Below, one piece after another: positions 31,890-41,812 of a DNA stretch of 64,000 nucleotides. The position numbers and the translations under genes were made by a program. Source of the DNA: Thermodesulfobacteriota bacterium (GTDB lineage Bacteria; Desulfobacterota; Desulfobacteria; Desulfobacterales; SURF-7); contig JBMORA010000009.1 of the NCBI GenBank assembly GCA_049320885.1, positions 288,001 to 352,000 of the forward strand. Direction: 5' to 3'. Numbering within the stretch: position 1 is the first letter of the stretch; each line of letters begins with the position of its first letter. The notes under the pieces were generated by a model. The model was not told the DNA's origin, did not search any database, and saw only the letters and a list, made by a program, of their open reading frames with translations.

Positions 31890-33014
31890 ATGAAGAAGCT
31901 ATGGATAATCGCCTTGGTATTGCATGCCGCAGCCATCGCCGTACCGGTCATGGCCGCCGAAACCATTAAAATCGGATTGATGGCGCCCCTGACCGGCTCC
32001 TGGGCCAGTGAGGGCAAGGATATGCAGCAGATTGTCATGCTCCTGGCCGAGGAAACCAACAAGGCCGGCGGTCTGCTGGGCCGGCAGGTGGAAATTATTC
32101 CCGCCGATGACGGCGGCGACCCGAAAACCGCGGCCCTGGCCGCCCAGCGACTGTCCACCCAGGGTGTCTCGGCGGTGATCGGAACCTATGGGTCGTCCAT
32201 CACCGAGGCGTCCCAGAACATTTTCGACGAATCCGAGATCGTCCAGGTGGCCAACGGTTCGACTGCCATCCGTCTGACGGAAAAGGGCCTGAAATATTTT
32301 TTCCGCACCTGTCCGCGGGATGACGAACAGGGCAAGGTGGCGGTGAAGACCATTCTGGGGCTGGGGTTTACCAAGGTCGCCGTTCTGCACGACAACACCA
32401 CCTATGCCAAGGGGCTGGCTGACGAGGCCAAGTCCTTGCTGGAAAAGGAAAAGTGCAGTCCGGTTTTCTTCGACGCCCTGACGCCGGGGGAGCGGGATTA
32501 CAATACCATTCTGACCAAAATCAAGGCCAGCGGGCCGGACGTGGTTTTTTTCACCGGCTACTATCCCGAGGCCGGGCTGCTGCTGCGCCAAAAAATGGAA
32601 ATGGGCTGGAATGTGCCTTTTATCGGCGGTGACGCCACGAATAATCCGGATCTGGTCAAGATCGCCGGCAAGGATGCGGCCAAGGGATTCTATTTCCTCA
32701 GTCCACCGGTTCCCCAGGATCTGCCTTCCCCCGAGGCCAAAGCCTTCATGGCCGCCTATCGGAAAAAATATGACGGCGCACCCGGCAGTGTATGGGCCGT
32801 TCTTTCCGGCGACGGCTTCAATGTTCTGGCCGCCGCCATCAAGGGCGCCAAATCCACGGATTCCAAGGCCGTGGCCGCCTATCTCCATAAGGAACTGAAG
32901 GATCTGCCAGGGCTCACGGGGGCGATTTCCTTTGATGACAAGGGGGACCGGGTGGGCGATCTCTATCGGGTATACACGGTGGACGGCGACGGCAATTTCA
33001 TCCTCAAACCCTAG
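31890..33014 (+). CDS. livK: Branched-chain amino acid ABC transporter substrate-binding protein
   Basis: Signal peptide, IKIGLMAPLTG, DDGGDP, FRTCPRDD; RBS AGGAGG. Confidence 0.9.
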   Translation: MKKLWIIALVLHAAAIAVPVMAAETIKIGLMAPLTGSWASEGKDMQQIVMLLAEETNKAGGLLGRQVEIIPADDGGDPKTAALAAQRLSTQGVSAVIGTYGSSITEASQNIFDESEIVQVANGSTAIRLTEKGLKYFFRTCPRDDEQGKVAVKTILGLGFTKVAVLHDNTTYAKGLADEAKSLLEKEKCSPVFFDALTPGERDYNTILTKIKASGPDVVFFTGYYPEAGLLLRQKMEMGWNVPFIGGDATNNPDLVKIAGKDAAKGFYFLSPPVPQDLPSPEAKAFMAAYRKKYDGAPGSVWAVLSGDGFNVLAAAIKGAKSTDSKAVAAYLHKELKDLPGLTGAISFDDKGDRVGDLYRVYTVDGDGNFILKP

Positions 33015-33023
33015 CGGGAATCC

Positions 33024-33929
33024 ATGGATTTCTTTTTGCAGCAATTGACCAACGGGTTGGCCGTGGGTGGGATCTATGCCCTGATCGCCCTGGGGTATAC
33101 CATGGTGTACGGGGTATTGAAATTGATCAATTTCGCCCACGGCGACCTGTTCACCATCGGCGCGTTCATGGGCCTTTCGTTGTTGACCTCCATGGGGTTG
33201 ACCCACCACATGAATGCGTTCGGCGTGGTGGTTTCCCTGATCGTGATGGTCATGGGGCTGGTGGCCGTGATCGGCGTGATTCTGGACCGGCTGGCCTACA
33301 AACCGCTTCGATCGTCCCACCGCCTGTCCGCCGTGGTATCGGCTCTGGGCGCCTCCATTTTTTTTCAGAACAGCGTCATGCTGATCTACGGAGCCAAATC
33401 GCTGGTGTATCCCCACGACATTCTGCCGAAAGCGGCCGTGGATATTTTCGGTCTCCGCATCCCCATGATCCGGATCCTGATTCTGCTGGCTTCGCTGGTC
33501 ATGATGATCTGCCTGTATGTTTACATCCATAAAACCCGGATCGGCACGGCCATTCGGGCTGCGGCCATTGACCAGGGTGCGGCCAGGCTTATGGGGATCA
33601 ACGTGGACCAGGTCATCATGATCGTCTTCATGATCGGGCCGGGTCTTGGGGGCGCCGCCGGGCTGATGGTGGGGCTGTATTACGGCCAGATCAATTTCAC
33701 CATGGGGTGGATTTACGGTCTGAAAGCGTTTACGGCCGCCATTCTCGGGGGTATCGGCAATATTCCCGGCGCCATGGTGGGCGGGTTGCTGCTGGGGGTA
33801 ATCGAAGCCCTGGGCGCGGCCTATCTTTCCATCGCCTGGAAAGACGCCATTGCCTTTTGCGTCCTGATCGTCATTCTGATCGTCAGACCAACGGGAATTC
33901 TGGGTGAGCAGGTGGCTGAAAAAATTTAG
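33024..33929 (+). CDS. livH: BCAA ABC permease
   Basis: YALIALGYTMVYGVLKLINFAHG, LKAFTAAILGGIG. Confidence 0.93.
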   Translation: MDFFLQQLTNGLAVGGIYALIALGYTMVYGVLKLINFAHGDLFTIGAFMGLSLLTSMGLTHHMNAFGVVVSLIVMVMGLVAVIGVILDRLAYKPLRSSHRLSAVVSALGASIFFQNSVMLIYGAKSLVYPHDILPKAAVDIFGLRIPMIRILILLASLVMMICLYVYIHKTRIGTAIRAAAIDQGAARLMGINVDQVIMIVFMIGPGLGGAAGLMVGLYYGQINFTMGWIYGLKAFTAAILGGIGNIPGAMVGGLLLGVIEALGAAYLSIAWKDAIAFCVLIVILIVRPTGILGEQVAEKI

Positions 33930-33948
33930 ACGGGCCGGTGTGGAACGC

Positions 33949-34911
33949 ATGCAGCAAAGCAGACGAAACATCCTATATGCCGCGGGAGTCATCCTGCTGG
34001 CCCTGTCCCCTATGGTGCTGAATTCGTATTGGGTCGATGTGCTCAACCTTGTCGGACTTTATGCGATTCTCTCCCTGAGCCTCAATATCATCCTCGGGCA
34101 CGCCGGTCTGTTTCACATGGGGCATGCCGCGTTTTATGCCGTGGGCGCTTATACGACGGCGATCCTCAACCAGCGTTTCGGCATTCCGGTCCTTTGGCTC
34201 ATGCCCCTGGCAGGACTCACGGCCGGGCTGACGGCCCTGGTGGTGGCAAGACCCATCATTCACCTCCGGGGCGATTATCTGCTCATCGTCACCATCGGTT
34301 TTGTGGAAATCGTCCGCATCGCCTTGATCAATGACGTGTTCGGAATCACCGGCGGCGCCAACGGCATCTTCGGGATCGACCGGCCCCTGGTCTTCGGTTA
34401 CCGGATTAAAAAACCGCAGGAATTTTTCTACCTGATCTGGACCTTTGCCGGGGTCACCGTCTTGTTGTTCCAGCGGCTGGAAAACTCCCGTTTCGGCAGG
34501 GCGCTCAATTTTCTGCGCGAGGATGATGTGGCTGCCGAGGGCAGCGGCATTCACACCGCCCATTACAAACTGATCGCTTTTGTCATCGGCGCGGTCTGGG
34601 CCGGAATGACCGGGACCCTTTACGCCGCCAAGATGACCATCATTGCACCGGAATCCTTCAATTTCTGGGAATCGGTGGTTATGTTCATGATTGTGCTCCT
34701 GGGCGGCCGCGGCAGCATTCCCGGAACCATCCTGGGCGCGTTCCTGGTGATCGGACTGCCGGAAATCTTTCGGGAATTCGCTTCGGCCCGCATGCTGATT
34801 TTCGGCGCCGTCATGGTGGTCATGATGATTTTCCGCACCGAGGGCATCATTCCCGCATCGCCCCGGCGCTACCCCACCGGCGGATTGCCGGACAGGGGGG
34901 CGCATCCATGA
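33949..34911 (+). CDS. livM: BCAA ABC permease
   Basis: GHAAFYAVGAY, LRGDYLLIVT, SRFGRAL; start uncertain. Confidence 0.9.
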   Translation: MQQSRRNILYAAGVILLALSPMVLNSYWVDVLNLVGLYAILSLSLNIILGHAGLFHMGHAAFYAVGAYTTAILNQRFGIPVLWLMPLAGLTAGLTALVVARPIIHLRGDYLLIVTIGFVEIVRIALINDVFGITGGANGIFGIDRPLVFGYRIKKPQEFFYLIWTFAGVTVLLFQRLENSRFGRALNFLREDDVAAEGSGIHTAHYKLIAFVIGAVWAGMTGTLYAAKMTIIAPESFNFWESVVMFMIVLLGGRGSIPGTILGAFLVIGLPEIFREFASARMLIFGAVMVVMMIFRTEGIIPASPRRYPTGGLPDRGAHP

Positions 34912-35672
34912 GTCTGTTGCAACTGACCGGCGTGACCAAATCCTTCGGCGGCTTGACGGCCGTGGATGGCGTCTCCTGCGACGTTCCGGCTGGCGCCATC
35001 GTGGGACTTATCGGACCCAACGGCGCCGGCAAGACCACCGTTTTCAATCTGATCACCGGCAACTACCGGCCGGATGCAGGGCGGATCGCCTTTGACGGCG
35101 CCTTTATCCACGGCTTCCCGCCCCATCGAATCGTAGGCTTGGGAATCGCCCGCACTTTTCAAACCATCCGGTTGTTCCAGAAGCTCGCGGTGCTCGAAAA
35201 CGTCCTGGCCGGATGCCACTGCCGCATGGCATCCGGTGTAGTGGCCGCCATGCTGCGATCGCGTTCCCAGAAGGAAGAGGAACGCACGGCGCTTGCCACG
35301 GCCATGCGGGAATTGGCCTTTGTCGGCCTGCAAGACAAGGCCGAGCAACCGGCCGCGAACCTGTCCTACGGCAATCAGCGGCTGCTGGAAATAGCGCGGG
35401 CCTTGGCCACGGGGCCGCGGTTGATCATCCTGGACGAGCCGGCCGGCGGCATGAACGATCTGGAAACCGCCGCTTTGATCCAGACCATTTTCAGCATTCG
35501 CGACCGGGGAATTACCGTGCTCCTGATCGAGCATGACATGAATCTGGTGATGCGCGCCTGCGACCATATCGTGGTGCTGGAATACGGCCGGAAGATCGCG
35601 GAAGGCGATCCCCGGACCATACAGCGGGATCCCCGCGTGATCGAGGCCTATCTGGGAGTGGAAGATGATTGA
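34908..35672 (+). CDS. livG: BCAA ABC ATPase
   Basis: GPNGAGKTT, GIARTFQ, LSYGNQR, LDEPAGG. Confidence 0.93.
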   Translation: MSLLQLTGVTKSFGGLTAVDGVSCDVPAGAIVGLIGPNGAGKTTVFNLITGNYRPDAGRIAFDGAFIHGFPPHRIVGLGIARTFQTIRLFQKLAVLENVLAGCHCRMASGVVAAMLRSRSQKEEERTALATAMRELAFVGLQDKAEQPAANLSYGNQRLLEIARALATGPRLIILDEPAGGMNDLETAALIQTIFSIRDRGITVLLIEHDMNLVMRACDHIVVLEYGRKIAEGDPRTIQRDPRVIEAYLGVEDD

Positions 35673-36390
35673 GCCCCTGCTTTCCATCCGGGAACTGCAC
35701 GTGTCCTATGGAAACGTGGAGGCCCTCCACGGAATCAACCTGCACGTGACCGAGGGAGAGATCGTCGCCATTCTCGGCGCCAACGGAGCCGGTAAGTCCA
35801 CCACCCTGATGGCCGTCAGCGGACTGATCAGGCCGAACAGGGGCAGTATCGTTTTTGAAGGCCGCCGGTTACATGAAATGCGCGCCCATGAAATCGTCGG
35901 GTGCGGCATCTCCCAGGCCCCGGAAGGCCGACGGGTGTTCGGAACCCTGACGGTGGGGGAGAATTTGAATCTGGGCGCTTTCACATCCAGGGACAAAATC
36001 CGCAACCGGCAATCCATCGAGTGGATTTACGGACTGTTTCCACGACTGAAGGAACGGGCCGCCCAACTTGCCGGAACGCTTTCCGGCGGCGAACAGCAGA
36101 TGCTGGCCATCGGCCGGGCCCTCATGGCGCGACCGCGGATTCTGCTGCTGGATGAACCCAGTCTGGGGCTGGCGCCGATCCTGGTGAGACAGATCTTTCA
36201 CACCATCCGGGAAATCAACCGATCCGGCGTCACCATTGTTCTGGTGGAACAGAATGCCCGGATCGCCCTGAAAACCGCTCATCGCGGTTATGTCCTGGAG
36301 GTGGGCAGGATCATCCTGGAGGATTCGGCCGCAGCCCTGTTGGCCGACCGGAACGTTCAGAACGCCTATCTTGGAACAAGGACCTCCTGA
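35665..36390 (+). CDS. livF: BCAA ABC ATPase
   Basis: GANGAGKST, PEGRRVF, LSGGEQQM, LDEPSLGLAP. Confidence 0.93.
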   Translation: MIEPLLSIRELHVSYGNVEALHGINLHVTEGEIVAILGANGAGKSTTLMAVSGLIRPNRGSIVFEGRRLHEMRAHEIVGCGISQAPEGRRVFGTLTVGENLNLGAFTSRDKIRNRQSIEWIYGLFPRLKERAAQLAGTLSGGEQQMLAIGRALMARPRILLLDEPSLGLAPILVRQIFHTIREINRSGVTIVLVEQNARIALKTAHRGYVLEVGRIILEDSAAALLADRNVQNAYLGTRTS

Positions 36391-36433
36391 TGGGAAAACA
36401 ACCCCGGGCATTCAGCTATTACAGAAAGGAAAT

Positions 36434-38281
36434 ATGACCATGCCGGATCGGAACACCACCGCGACGCAACAGCCGGATATGAAAAAACTGACCGAAATTC
36501 TGGCCGAGGTGAACGCCAAGAGCCGCAACCTGGTGCAGAAATTTCTTCAGAAGAAGGAAAACGCCAGGGAAATAGATCAAACCGAGGTTCAGGTCATCGC
36601 CAGCAGTTTTCAAGACCTGGCTGCCAGGCTGGCCGCCGACCCGACCCGGCTTTTCAACGCACAGATGTCTTACTGGAACGATTATTGGCAGTTGATCCGG
36701 AGCAGCGCGTTCCACTTTCTCGGCCGGAAACCCGAAAAGACCGCTGCATCCGCCGGAGCGGACAAACGCTTTCGTCATGAGGCCTGGGACGAGAATCCCA
36801 TGTTCCATTTCATCAAGCAGAGCTACCTGTTGTCCGCCCGCGCCATCCGGAACACGGTCCAAAATGTCCAGGGGCTGGACGCGAAGACCCGTCAGCGGGT
36901 GGAATTTTACACCAATCAGTATCTCGATGCCGTGTCGCCATCCAATTTCATCGCCACCAATCCGGAATTGATGCAGCTGACGCTGGCAAGCCGCGGCGAA
37001 AACCTGCTCAAGGGTCTGAACAATTTTCTCGAGGACCTGGATCGCAGTCCCTGCCAGCTTCAAATCCGGATGACCGACATGAACGCCTTCGAGGTGGGTA
37101 AAAACGTGGCGGTGACGCCGGGTAAGATCGTCCATCAGAACGACCTGATTCAGTTGATCCAGTATCAGCCCGCCACGAAGCAGGTATTTCAGCGGCCCCT
37201 GCTGTTCATACCTCCCTGGATCAACAAATATTACATTCTCGATCTGACCGAGAAAAATTCCATGGTCAAATGGATGGTGGATCAAGGCTATACGGTATTC
37301 ATGATTTCGTGGGCCAATCCGGATGAAACCCTGAAGAATAAGGATTTCGAGGACTACATGGCGGAAGGGCCCATCGCGGCCCTGGAAGCCATCGAAGGCA
37401 TCACGGGTCAGCGCGGGGTCAATTGCATCGGCTACTGCATGGGCGGAACCCTGCTGGCCTGCGCCACCGCATATCTGCAGGCCCGGGGCGAAGGTGACCG
37501 GATCACCAGCAACACCTATATGGCTTCCCTCCTGGATTTTTCCATTCCCGGAGATATCGGTGTGTTCATCGACGAAGCCCAGATCGATGCCTTTGAGCGC
37601 AAGATGGATTCCCAGGGCTATCTTGACGGATGCGCCATGTCGAACAGCTTCAGCATGCTGCGGGCCAACGATCTGGTCTGGTCGTATGTGATCAACAACT
37701 ACCTGAAGGGCGAGGCACCCATCGCCTTTGATATCCTGTTCTGGAATTCGGACGCCACGAACATGCCGGCCAGGATGCACAGCTTCTACCTGCGCAACAT
37801 GTATCTGCATAACCGGTTACGGGTGCCAGGGGCGTTGGTTCTGAAGGAAACGCCCATCGATCTTTCCAGGATCACCATTCCCGTTTATTTCATATCCACC
37901 CGTGAAGACCATATTGCCATGTGGCAGGCGACCTACGCCGGAACAAAACTTCACAACGGGCCGGTGAGATTCGTTCTGGGAGCTTCGGGCCATGTGGCCG
38001 GGATCGTCAATCCGCCCCCCCGGATCAAATACGGCCATTGGACCAATCCCGGGCTGCCCGATTCCGCCGGGGACTGGCTTGCGGGCGCGACCTATCACGA
38101 GGCTTCCTGGTGGCTGGACTGGCTGGCCTGGAACCAACCGCATGCCGGCGGCCTCATTCCGGCAAGAGAGGTGGGAAAGGACAGTCCGACGACGCTGGAG
38201 GACGCACCCGGGTGTTATGTGACCAAACGCCTGGATTTGCCTGAAAGCGGGGTGTGCTACCTGCCGAATGCATTGCTGTAG
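36434..38281 (+). CDS. phaC: Class I-type poly(3-hydroxyalkanoate) synthase
   Basis: DKRF, SPSNFIATNP, PPWINKYYILDL, GYCMGG (catalytic Cys), WNSD, EDHIA, SGHVAG, SWW. Confidence 0.95.
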   Translation: MTMPDRNTTATQQPDMKKLTEILAEVNAKSRNLVQKFLQKKENAREIDQTEVQVIASSFQDLAARLAADPTRLFNAQMSYWNDYWQLIRSSAFHFLGRKPEKTAASAGADKRFRHEAWDENPMFHFIKQSYLLSARAIRNTVQNVQGLDAKTRQRVEFYTNQYLDAVSPSNFIATNPELMQLTLASRGENLLKGLNNFLEDLDRSPCQLQIRMTDMNAFEVGKNVAVTPGKIVHQNDLIQLIQYQPATKQVFQRPLLFIPPWINKYYILDLTEKNSMVKWMVDQGYTVFMISWANPDETLKNKDFEDYMAEGPIAALEAIEGITGQRGVNCIGYCMGGTLLACATAYLQARGEGDRITSNTYMASLLDFSIPGDIGVFIDEAQIDAFERKMDSQGYLDGCAMSNSFSMLRANDLVWSYVINNYLKGEAPIAFDILFWNSDATNMPARMHSFYLRNMYLHNRLRVPGALVLKETPIDLSRITIPVYFISTREDHIAMWQATYAGTKLHNGPVRFVLGASGHVAGIVNPPPRIKYGHWTNPGLPDSAGDWLAGATYHEASWWLDWLAWNQPHAGGLIPAREVGKDSPTTLEDAPGCYVTKRLDLPESGVCYLPNALL

Positions 38282-38287
38282 AGTGAT

Positions 38288-38314
38288 GTCGGCCCGGCCC
38301 CAAGCCGGGCCGAC
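38288..38314. terminator. 11-bp GC hairpin between convergent phaC and DUF3141 genes
   Basis: GTCGGCCCGGC-cccaa-GCCGGGCCGAC. Confidence 0.55.
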
Positions 38315-38318
38315 GCGG

Positions 38319-40481
38319 TCAGACCTTCAACACCCGTTTCAGGTGTTCCAGAATCAGGTTTTCCTCATCGTTCATCTGGTGATCCGCCAAGGCTACTTTT
38401 CTGGCGATTTCCAAGGCGGCGATCCTGTCGCCGGCTTCCGGAATCAGTTTGGCGAGAGCTCCCAGGGCCTTGTCCTCATCGGCATCCAGAATGCAGGCCT
38501 GCTGGCGGATCATCTGCCGGAAATCCTCTTCCCGGATATGCCGCAGGCGTTCATCCGCCGCCACGACCTGGTCATAGGTTTTCAGCACCGTTCGACGCAA
38601 TCCTTCGTCTGCATGGGCCATGGCCACCATGATCCGAACCACTCCCTCGGCGAATCCGCCGACGTTTCCGGCCTCCAGCCATTGGGCCGGACAGGCATTC
38701 TCGTCCCGGTCGCCTTCCGAAAGGAGCGACTTGTAGTCCCGGAACAGGACCAACATCCAGGGATTGCCGTAAACGGCCTTGAACCACAATTCCTGGGCCT
38801 GATCCCGCATATCCCGGTACAGGTTGAGGCCATCCGAAAGCATCTGCGCCACCCCCCTTTCCACCTTCACGAAGGGATTGCCGGGGGGCGCCTGCCTGCG
38901 GTTGGCCTTGACCAGCGGAGCCATGTATTTGTATGGCAGCATCCATGGATTGCGATCGGAAAAGGCATAGCGGGAAACCCGCAACGGATGGAGCTGGCGA
39001 ATCCATTCCGCCGACCAGTCATTCATGGCCGACCGTACCCAGGGGCTGATAAACGTGCGGTACAGACGGTCGTTGATCTCCGAGATGGCCGCCACCGGGC
39101 GGAACTCCTCTTCATCCGATGCGCCGTCGTCCAGGGTAAGGATTTCTTGCATTTCGCGTTCCTCGAAACGCACTTGATACTCACCGGGGGTCGCGCCGTC
39201 TTCGATAACCATTTCATACAATCCGGGCGAGAGATAGCCGATCAAATCGATGCTGGCGATGATTTCCTTGTGTTCTTTCTTGGAAACCTTGCCGGAAACG
39301 AAAATTCCCAGATGTCCGATGGTGTCGTGCAACAAATAGACCACCACCTGTTGATGCCGTTTGATCTCCGCAACGGATTTCCACACCTTCGCGATCCAGT
39401 TCAAGGCCTGCTGGGGCGGTGTGATGTTGTCGCCGCTGGACGCAAAGATCAACACCGGGTCCTTGAGGTTTTTTAAATCGATTTTCCGGCCCTCCAGCTC
39501 GAGCTCGCCCATTTCGAGTTTGTTGCCCACAAACAGATTCTGGGTGATGTAATGAATTTCCTCCCTGGTCAGCATGAAATAGGCGTTCCACCAGCGCTCG
39601 AATTCCAGGTAGCGATCCGCCTCCTTATCCACATTGGCGTAGACGTAATACTGCTTGTTCCACCAGGTGTTGGCGGGATTCAGATCCTCGAAGCCGGCCA
39701 CCAGGTTGGCGCCGTCAAAAATCCCGTTTCCCAGATCGCTCATCAGCGATGTCAGCCAGACGCCCCCGGTCAGCCCGCCCCGATAGCGCATGGGGTTTTT
39801 CCCGTCCACGCCGGCCCAGTAAGACAAGGGGGAGCCGTTGAAAACCAGGGGGCCGGCGATGTCGGGCCGGTCGGCGCCCACCAGGGCGGAAGCCCAGCCG
39901 GCCTGGCAATTGCCGATAATCGCGGGTTTCTGGGCCTCCGGGTGGCGTCGAATGACCTCTTCAATGAACCGGATCTGGGCATGGTGTACGTCGGTCAAGG
40001 TTTGGTCAGGGAGCGGATCGGCCTCGAATATCACGAAATATACCGGATGTCCTTCGTTGAGGGCCATGCCGATCTCCGAATCCCGCTTGGAGCCGCCAAT
40101 TCCGGGTCCGTGACCGGCCCGCGGGTCGATGATGATGACCGGCCGTTTTTTAGGGTCCGGCACGCCCCCGCCTTCGGGATTGTGCCGTTTTTCTTTTTCC
40201 GCCGGCGAGGCCTGCTGGACGGAATCGCGCCGGTCATGGATCCGCGCCAGGGAAAAGGCCACGGGCCGTTCCAGCGTCCTGCCGTCCAAAATGATGTCGT
40301 AACCGAAGGTCAATACCGGCGGTTTGCCGTTACGAATCTGTTCATAATAAATATTTCCCCGTTTTCTCAGGGTATCCATGAAAAGCACCGACCGCTGGCC
40401 GGAGTCCAATAGATAATCATAGGCGTCCTTGACAAAATTCGACTGTGCGAACAATTTTTGATGGGAATTCATGAGGTTCAT
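38319..40481 (-). CDS. DUF3141-family alpha/beta-hydrolase-fold protein (PHA synthase/depolymerase-like)
   Basis: DPRAGHGPGIGG, GNCQAGW, NGSPLSYWAG, GDNITPPQQAL, GHLGIFVS; RBS AAGGAGG. Confidence 0.85.
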   Translation of the reverse strand: MNLMNSHQKLFAQSNFVKDAYDYLLDSGQRSVLFMDTLRKRGNIYYEQIRNGKPPVLTFGYDIILDGRTLERPVAFSLARIHDRRDSVQQASPAEKEKRHNPEGGGVPDPKKRPVIIIDPRAGHGPGIGGSKRDSEIGMALNEGHPVYFVIFEADPLPDQTLTDVHHAQIRFIEEVIRRHPEAQKPAIIGNCQAGWASALVGADRPDIAGPLVFNGSPLSYWAGVDGKNPMRYRGGLTGGVWLTSLMSDLGNGIFDGANLVAGFEDLNPANTWWNKQYYVYANVDKEADRYLEFERWWNAYFMLTREEIHYITQNLFVGNKLEMGELELEGRKIDLKNLKDPVLIFASSGDNITPPQQALNWIAKVWKSVAEIKRHQQVVVYLLHDTIGHLGIFVSGKVSKKEHKEIIASIDLIGYLSPGLYEMVIEDGATPGEYQVRFEEREMQEILTLDDGASDEEEFRPVAAISEINDRLYRTFISPWVRSAMNDWSAEWIRQLHPLRVSRYAFSDRNPWMLPYKYMAPLVKANRRQAPPGNPFVKVERGVAQMLSDGLNLYRDMRDQAQELWFKAVYGNPWMLVLFRDYKSLLSEGDRDENACPAQWLEAGNVGGFAEGVVRIMVAMAHADEGLRRTVLKTYDQVVAADERLRHIREEDFRQMIRQQACILDADEDKALGALAKLIPEAGDRIAALEIARKVALADHQMNDEENLILEHLKRVLKV

Positions 40482-40521
40482 TTTCGCCCTCCTTGCGGTT
40501 GATCCTGCGCGTTTGCCCCTT

Positions 40522-40565
40522 TTGTGCTTTGCAACAAAGATATGACCAGCCACCGGGACTGTCAA
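40522..40565 (-). promoter_or_regulatory. Sigma70 promoter of the DUF3141 gene with a putative PhaR operator over the start site
   Basis: Minus strand TTGACA(40565-40560)-N17-TATCTT(40542-40537), directly followed by TTGTTGCAAAGCACAA (40537-40522). Confidence 0.7.
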
Positions 40566-40709
40566 TCCGGGAGTCCCTCCTGACGGCTTCATGTCGGATC
40601 ATCTGGTTGTTTTTACATGAAGTATATTTTGTAGAACCTGGAAATGGACGGGGCCGGGGGGAGGTGTCGGATCGACAACGCCGCCCCCTTCACTGCATCG
40701 GAAAGCGCT

Positions 40710-41231
40710 TCAGGATTCAGGTTCTTCATTGCCATCCGCTTTTTTTTCCGCTGCGGACGCAGGCGGCGCGTTTTCCGGCCGGCCTTTTCCCGGTCCGTAG
40801 GGGAACAAATCGAACAGGTTCCCGAAGGGGGGTGGGGTGGGGCCGGGCTTCGGTGCGCGCATGGAGATATCCATGCCCAGGTCAAGCCATTGTTTCACCT
40901 GGTCATCAAAGGCCTTTTTATAGGTCAGGTAATTCTGGATGGTCCGCTGCAGATATTTTTCCATGAATTCACCCAGGGTGTTGTCGCCGTGGCGGATGAT
41001 CAGGTGCAGAACCGGAACCGGCATCAGGATGTTTTTTTTCTTGGCCTCTTCCGTGATGATCTGGGTCAGAATAAAGGCGGTTACATCCTCTTTGGTTTTG
41101 GCGTCCACAATGGCCACGGTTTTTCCCGTCCGAATCATATCGGCCACCTCCTCCAATGTGACGTAGCAGCTGTTCTCCGTGTCATACAGACGGCGATTGG
41201 TGTATTTTTTCAGCAGGATGGTGTTTGTCAT
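40710..41231 (-). CDS. phaR: PHA synthesis/accumulation regulator (PHB_acc_N domain)
   Basis: KKYTNRRLYDTENSCYVTLE, VDAKTKEDVTAFILTQII, LHLIIR. Confidence 0.9.
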   Translation of the reverse strand: MTNTILLKKYTNRRLYDTENSCYVTLEEVADMIRTGKTVAIVDAKTKEDVTAFILTQIITEEAKKKNILMPVPVLHLIIRHGDNTLGEFMEKYLQRTIQNYLTYKKAFDDQVKQWLDLGMDISMRAPKPGPTPPPFGNLFDLFPYGPGKGRPENAPPASAAEKKADGNEEPES

Positions 41232-41363
41232 GACGCCCCCCTCGGGATGACCGGATCGTGATTTCTGCACAATCGCTTTTACGGTGGATGCGTATTTGTC
41301 ACGTGGACCGGTTTTATTTGGAATAATATACACTATTAAGCGTGGTGGCAATAAAAATAAAAA

Positions 41364-41416
41364 AATTGTGCATTGCAACAATTCGGGGTTGACATCCCTG
41401 CCGGGCGTGCTATCTT
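41364..41416 (+). promoter_or_regulatory. Putative PhaR operator and sigma70 promoter of the phasin-like operon
   Basis: AATTGTGCATTGCAACAATT (41364-41383), then TTGACA(41389)-N16-TATCTT(41411) with an extended -10 TG. Confidence 0.7.
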
Positions 41417-41463
41417 CTGGACAAGAGAAAATGAAGATGAACCGAACTCAAAGGAGGCTTACC

Positions 41464-41760
41464 ATGGAAACTACATTCATCACGCAACAGGTCGTCGATA
41501 TAAACCGTTTGTTTCTGGAGAACGTATGGAACACCCTGACCCTGCTCCATGATCAGGTGGAGAGAACCGGGCGGGCGGTTCTGGATCAACGGAACGCCTT
41601 GCTGGAGGAAGGCAGCCGTCTTGTGGAGGAATGGGCCAAGGAATCCAAAAAGAACCGGATCGCCGCCAAAAAGGCCATGGATGACAATTTCGAGCAGATT
41701 CTGGGGCTCTTCACCCTGCCGGATGCGGAAAAACCGAAACGCGCGAAGGCCGGGAACTGA
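41464..41760 (+). CDS. Small helical phasin-like protein 1
   Basis: RBS AAGGAGG; 98 aa amphipathic helix, paralogous to the next two genes; PHA context. Confidence 0.65.
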   Translation: METTFITQQVVDINRLFLENVWNTLTLLHDQVERTGRAVLDQRNALLEEGSRLVEEWAKESKKNRIAAKKAMDDNFEQILGLFTLPDAEKPKRAKAGN

Positions 41761-41812
41761 CGAACTTCCGGATCAGGGAAAAGACCAAATGACGGGAAGG
41801 GAGGAAATGAAC

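Noticed and set aside
31899..34046. 715-aa minus-strand ORF and similar long antisense ORFs (e.g. 832-2220, 18459-20357, 27293-28849, 49038-50657)
   Set aside because: They mirror well-supported genes on the opposite strand, show no motifs, and are expected shadows of GC-rich codon usage
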